Shown piece after piece: positions 60,020 to 64,000 of a stretch of 64,000 bases of DNA. The position numbers were made by a program, and so were the translations under genes. Source of the stretch: Candidatus Krumholzibacteriia bacterium (lineage in GTDB: Bacteria > Krumholzibacteriota > Krumholzibacteriia > JAJRXK01). The stretch spans positions 64,001-128,000 of the forward strand of contig JBGPIA010000007.1 in assembly GCA_041484665.1 (NCBI GenBank). Reading direction: 5' to 3'. Position 1 is the stretch's first letter. Each line of letters opens with the position of its first letter. The notes under the pieces were generated by a model. It did no database searches and had not been told where the DNA came from. It worked only from the letters and a program-made list of their open reading frames with translations.

Positions 60020-60850
60020 CTACGCCTCCGCCAGCGAGAACGCCTCGCGCCCCACGCAGAGATTGTGCTTGGCCGCGAGCTCCGCGAACCGCGCCAGCCC
60101 CGCCAGCTCCGCCTCGCCCAGGTCGTAGTGCATGGCATCGCGCCAGTAGGACTCGATCCACGCCGTGCCCAGGCCGCGCGTGGCCGACTCGCGCTCTGCC
60201 AGCGCGTGGAGCTGCGCCAACCCGCGGGCCTTGGCCTCCCGCAGGCGTGTCACCAGCTCGGCGCGCGCAGCGGCTCCAGGCGCCTCGGTCAGCTCCGTGG
60301 ACAACACCCATGCGGCGTAGACGAACGGCAGCCCGGTCAGCTCGCGCCACATCTCGCCCAGGTCGTAGTCGTGCAAGCCGGTTGCGTCGACCTGCGTCGC
60401 GCGGTCGCCGATCACCAGCACCGTCTCGTGGTGCTCGAACAGCGCCTCGGGCCGCGGCTTTGCCACATGCATGTCGGGCTGGCAGCCGTACAGCTCGGCC
60501 AGCAGCACGCGCAACAGCGCCACGCTCGTGCGCGAGGCGCGGTCGACGGCGATCGACGTGGCCTCGGGCAGCGCCACCTTCGAGAAGACCCTCACCGTGT
60601 GCACGGGCCCGTGCGACGCGATGCAGATGCCGGGCACGATCGGGCCGCCCACGCCCCGCAGGTACTCCACGACCGGGATCAAGCCCACGTCGATGCGGTC
60701 CTCGAACAGCGCGTCGGCCAGGCGCGCCGGAAGGTCGAGCGACAGCGCGACGTCGCGTTGCTCCCGCAGCCCCTCGATCAGGGGCACGCTGTTGAGGAAC
60801 GAGACCGCGCCAATGCGGTACGGATCCGGATGCTCAACGCGATGGATCAT
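60020..60850 (-). CDS. mqnA: Chorismate dehydratase (futalosine pathway)
   Basis: RIGAVSFLNSVPL, SRTSVALL, LVIGDRA, YDLGEMWRELTGLPFVYAAW. Confidence 0.9.
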   Translation of the reverse strand: MIHRVEHPDPYRIGAVSFLNSVPLIEGLREQRDVALSLDLPARLADALFEDRIDVGLIPVVEYLRGVGGPIVPGICIASHGPVHTVRVFSKVALPEATSIAVDRASRTSVALLRVLLAELYGCQPDMHVAKPRPEALFEHHETVLVIGDRATQVDATGLHDYDLGEMWRELTGLPFVYAAWVLSTELTEAPGAAARAELVTRLREAKARGLAQLHALAERESATRGLGTAWIESYWRDAMHYDLGEAELAGLARFAELAAKHNLCVGREAFSLAEA

Positions 60851-61956
60851 GACTCCTCGAAGATACCGTTGCGATGCACGGGCTCGAAACGCTCCTCGGC
60901 CAGCCAGCGACGCAGCTCGGTCTCGGTCAGGTCGGCGGACTCGAGGTCCGCCTTGCGATCGCGCGGCGCCAGCGTGACCCGTCCCTCCAGGTCGTCGGCT
61001 CCACAGGCCAGCATGAGCTGCGCCATCTTCAGATCGCTACGGTTGTACAGCACGCGCACATGCGGCACCTCCGCCAGTCCGAGCCTGCAGGCCGCGAGGA
61101 ACTTGAGTTCGTCGAACCCGCCGGTCAAGGAGAGATCGCGCTCTGCGCGGCCGACCCTTTCTGCCGCGGCCACCGGCGCAACGCTCTGGAACACCTGGAC
61201 CTCCGCCTGCAACCGCCCGATGGCAACGATCTGCCCCAGCACCGCGCCGGACTCGATGTGCGGCCCGTACACGACCGACGCGTTGCCCCGCAGCCCTGCC
61301 TCCGCCGCAGCGCGCCAGAACCCCTCCCACCGTTGCTGAGCCTGCGGCCCCTGTGTCGGATGGACCGCGGGGTGTGTCCCGTCGGACACGACCTGCAGAC
61401 CCGCCTTCGACAGCGCGCGCAGGGCCTGCGCGTCAGGCGTCCGGCCGGTGTCGAGCCTGCGGATCAGATCGCTGGCGCAGCCGAGCTGGAGGGTGGAGCG
61501 TCTCGGCCGCAGATCGGGCTCCGCCCCGGGCAGGCTGTGCAAAGCCTGCGCCAGCGTCTCCAGGAGCTCCGTCAGGCGCACCATGTCGTCCCCGGGCGCG
61601 CCCGCGTGCGGTGGTAGCAACACGTGGAGATCGCTCACGGGCGGCTGCGCGAGCGCCGGGACCGCGGCCGCCAGCGCCAGCGACGCCGCCGGCGCGCAAG
61701 CCCATGCCGAGGCCCCCTCCTGGGTCTCCCCACAGATCGGGCAGGCGCTTGCCCCCGATTGCACGTCGAGATGGGCAACCGTCACGTAGGTCGTGCGTCC
61801 GCCGTGGCGCTCGCGTCGCAGCTGGTCCGCTTGCCGCGCGGGCTCCAGCGGGTGCGGCCCGGTCAGCAGCCGGGCCAGCCCGTCGCGGTCGAGCGGGAAA
61901 TCCACGGGCCTCCGTCGTGGGCCATCATCTTGGGGGGTCACCCTGCGGTCCGTCAT
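60847..61956 (-). CDS. Degenerate MqnE/CofH-like protein lacking the radical-SAM CxxxCxxC motif
   Basis: ADQLRRERHG.RTTYV N-terminus and AQLMLACGADDLEG...PVHRNGIF C-terminus resemble MqnE/MqnC; only CPIC at the motif position. Confidence 0.75.
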   Translation of the reverse strand: MTDRRVTPQDDGPRRRPVDFPLDRDGLARLLTGPHPLEPARQADQLRRERHGGRTTYVTVAHLDVQSGASACPICGETQEGASAWACAPAASLALAAAVPALAQPPVSDLHVLLPPHAGAPGDDMVRLTELLETLAQALHSLPGAEPDLRPRRSTLQLGCASDLIRRLDTGRTPDAQALRALSKAGLQVVSDGTHPAVHPTQGPQAQQRWEGFWRAAAEAGLRGNASVVYGPHIESGAVLGQIVAIGRLQAEVQVFQSVAPVAAAERVGRAERDLSLTGGFDELKFLAACRLGLAEVPHVRVLYNRSDLKMAQLMLACGADDLEGRVTLAPRDRKADLESADLTETELRRWLAEERFEPVHRNGIFEES

Positions 61957-62082
61957 GGGGCCAACCTCGCGGCCCAACCGCAGCCCAGCCGCGGGCCAAC
62001 CTGGGGCCATCCTCGAGAAATCCTCAGCTCATCGTGGGGTCGTCCTGGCGCGCCCTTCCCACATCCCGGCCCGCCCTCGCCG

Positions 62083-62937
62083 TCATCCCAGGTACAGGTC
62101 GGCGGCGGTGAAGAGCAGGAATGCGAGGCCCACGTAGCTGTTCACCGTGAAGAATGCACGGTCGATGTGGGTCAGGTCACCTCCGCGCACCAGCCAATGC
62201 TCGTAGAACAGCAGCGCGGACACGACCGCCACCCCCAGCATCGCCAGCCCGCCCAGCCCAGCCGCGCCCACGGCCATCAGGAACAGCCCGACCGCGGCCA
62301 CGTGCATCCAACGCGCGACCCACAGGGCAGATCGATCCCCGCTGCGGGCGCTCAGGGAGTGGAGTCCCATGCGGCGGTCGAACGCGGTGTCCTGGCAGCC
62401 GTAGATCATATCGAAGCCCGCGACCCAACAGAGCACCGCCGCCGCCAGCAGCAGTGGAAACGGCGCGAATCGCCCGCGCACCGCCAGCCAGGCTCCGACC
62501 GGCGCGGTGGCGAGGGACAGCCCCAGCACCAGATGGCTGGCCGCGGTGAAGCGCTTGGTGAACGAGTACAGGCAGATCACGCCCAGGGCGACGGGCGAGA
62601 GCGCAAGGCACAACGGGTTGAGCTGCCAGGCCGCGAGCACGAGCAGCCCGGCCGCCGCCATTGTGAACGCGATCACGGGCCCTCGGCGCAGCTGCCCCGT
62701 GGGGAGCTCGCGCTGCGCGGTGCGTGGGTTGAGGGCGTCCAGCCGATGGTCTGCCAACCGGTTGAAGGCCATCGCGGTGCTGCGCGCCCCTGCCATGGCC
62801 AGCAGGATCCAGCCCACGGTCGCCGCCCGCGGCCGCCCCTCACTGGCCACCAGCAACGAGAGCACGGCGAACGGCAGGGCGAACACCGTGTGCTCGAACT
62901 TGATCATGCGCAGGATCAGGCGGATCGAACGGAGCAT
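62083..62937 (-). CDS. UbiA-family prenyltransferase (MqnP-like)
   Basis: IKFEHTVFALPF, NRLADHRLDALNPRT, YSFTKRF, GFDMIYGCQD. Confidence 0.92.
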   Translation of the reverse strand: MLRSIRLILRMIKFEHTVFALPFAVLSLLVASEGRPRAATVGWILLAMAGARSTAMAFNRLADHRLDALNPRTAQRELPTGQLRRGPVIAFTMAAAGLLVLAAWQLNPLCLALSPVALGVICLYSFTKRFTAASHLVLGLSLATAPVGAWLAVRGRFAPFPLLLAAAVLCWVAGFDMIYGCQDTAFDRRMGLHSLSARSGDRSALWVARWMHVAAVGLFLMAVGAAGLGGLAMLGVAVVSALLFYEHWLVRGGDLTHIDRAFFTVNSYVGLAFLLFTAADLYLG

Positions 62938-63217
62938 GGATCGGGTCGCGAACGGCCGCGGTTGTTGCGGGTGCCGCGGACGTGGCGGGAGTCGTAGGGG
63001 GCTGTTGTGGACCGCCAGGCGACGCCGCGCATTCCCGGGTGCCGTCCGCAGGCGGTTTGACCGTGACCGACGCGACAGCGTACCATGTTGGTGGCCCTCC
63101 CACGACCCCGCACTGCACCACCGCAGCGGGTCGTTGCTGCCGCCGATGGTCAATGACACGGCTGCCAGCCACGGCACGCTCGGCCGAACGCAACCCGCCC
63201 CCGTGGAGATCCCGTCC

Positions 63218-64000
63218 ATGCGCTGGATGGCCGCCCCTGCGCTGCGCCTCTGGTTCCCATGCCGCCTTGCCGTCGCCGTCGCCGGTCGGGCTCGCGCTCA
63301 CACTGGCCGGATCCTTGGGCTCGCCAGCGTCACCGCTGCGCTCGTCGCGGCAGCCTCCGCGCTCGTCCCGGCGCTGGCAACCCCGCGTGAGGCCGGCGCC
63401 GCCTCCGCGTCGCACGACCTGCCCGCCGTCGCGATGGGGCCGGTGAACGTAGCGGGTGGCCCCGTGCTCGACGCCCGGCTGCGGTACTTGCGCGGCCAGC
63501 AGCAGGTGAACAAAGCCCCGCTTGGCGTGCGGGACCTCGTGCCCATCACCCTGCGCTTCGCCGCTCCCCCCGACGCCGCGACCCTCGGCCAGGCGCGCGC
63601 CGCCGGCGCACAGTTCTATCCGGAGGTATGGCGGGGCGCGCGGGCGGGCGGTCGAGCGGTCGCGGCGCAGCCCGGCGCGCGCGCGGCCGTTCCCACCGCC
63701 GGCGCGGGCCGGGCCGCGCCCGCATCCGGCGCCGAGCTCGCCGCGCAACAGGGCATCTTGGGCGCCCGGACGATCTTCCCGGCCACGGTCGCCTGGGCGG
63801 ATCTCGACCAGCTCGCCGCGCTGCCCGCAATCCTACGCGTCGAGGCCTCCTGGAGCCCGCAACCCCGGATCGCCCCGCTGTACCAGACGCGCGCGATGGT
63901 TGGCGCCGAGGCCGCCTGGCAGCTCCACGACGCGCAGGATCGGCCGCTCTTGGGAACGGGTGTCGTGATCGGCGACGTCGACACCGGCGTCGACGTCTAC
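63218..64000 (+). CDS. S8 family serine peptidase, N-terminal part, runs off window edge
   Basis: Manual translation is open from ATG 63218 to the edge: signal-like segment, propeptide, then GTGVVIGDVDTGVDVY (catalytic Asp motif). Confidence 0.82.
   Translation, partial: MRWMAAPALRLWFPCRLAVAVAGRARAHTGRILGLASVTAALVAAASALVPALATPREAGAASASHDLPAVAMGPVNVAGGPVLDARLRYLRGQQQVNKAPLGVRDLVPITLRFAAPPDAATLGQARAAGAQFYPEVWRGARAGGRAVAAQPGARAAVPTAGAGRAAPASGAELAAQQGILGARTIFPATVAWADLDQLAALPAILRVEASWSPQPRIAPLYQTRAMVGAEAAWQLHDAQDRPLLGTGVVIGDVDTGVDVY

Overview
GC-rich bacterial chromosomal window with about 50 genes and no rRNA, tRNA, CRISPR array or transposase that I could recognise. Several exported proteins end in FlgD-Ig-like or WGxxKxxY tails, which points (inference) to an FCB-related candidate lineage such as Eisenbacteria/Krumholzibacteriota. 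Contents: a MacAB-like ABC exporter; three histidine kinases and two response regulators; archaeal-type DNA topoisomerase VI (top6B/top6A) split by a pseudogene, elbB and a small membrane gene; a TPP-II-like subtilase; a structured ~310-nt intergenic element; a TPR-CHAT protease facing an ECF sigma/anti-sigma pair across a family-4 UDG; futalosine-pathway genes (mqnC, mqnA, mqnP-like and an MqnE-like protein lacking the CxxxCxxC motif); a Ni/Co ECF transporter; BNR beta-propeller proteins; two pseudogenes. Best candidate for an undescribed system (24.3-30.3 kb): Omp85-type barrel + signal-peptide-bearing atypical kinase-fold protein + Npt/TLC ATP/ADP-translocase homolog, with a divergent exported metallophosphoesterase. 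This could be an extracytoplasmic phosphorylation circuit with its own ATP supply. All calls come from reading motifs by eye; no database searches were run and several start codons are estimates.
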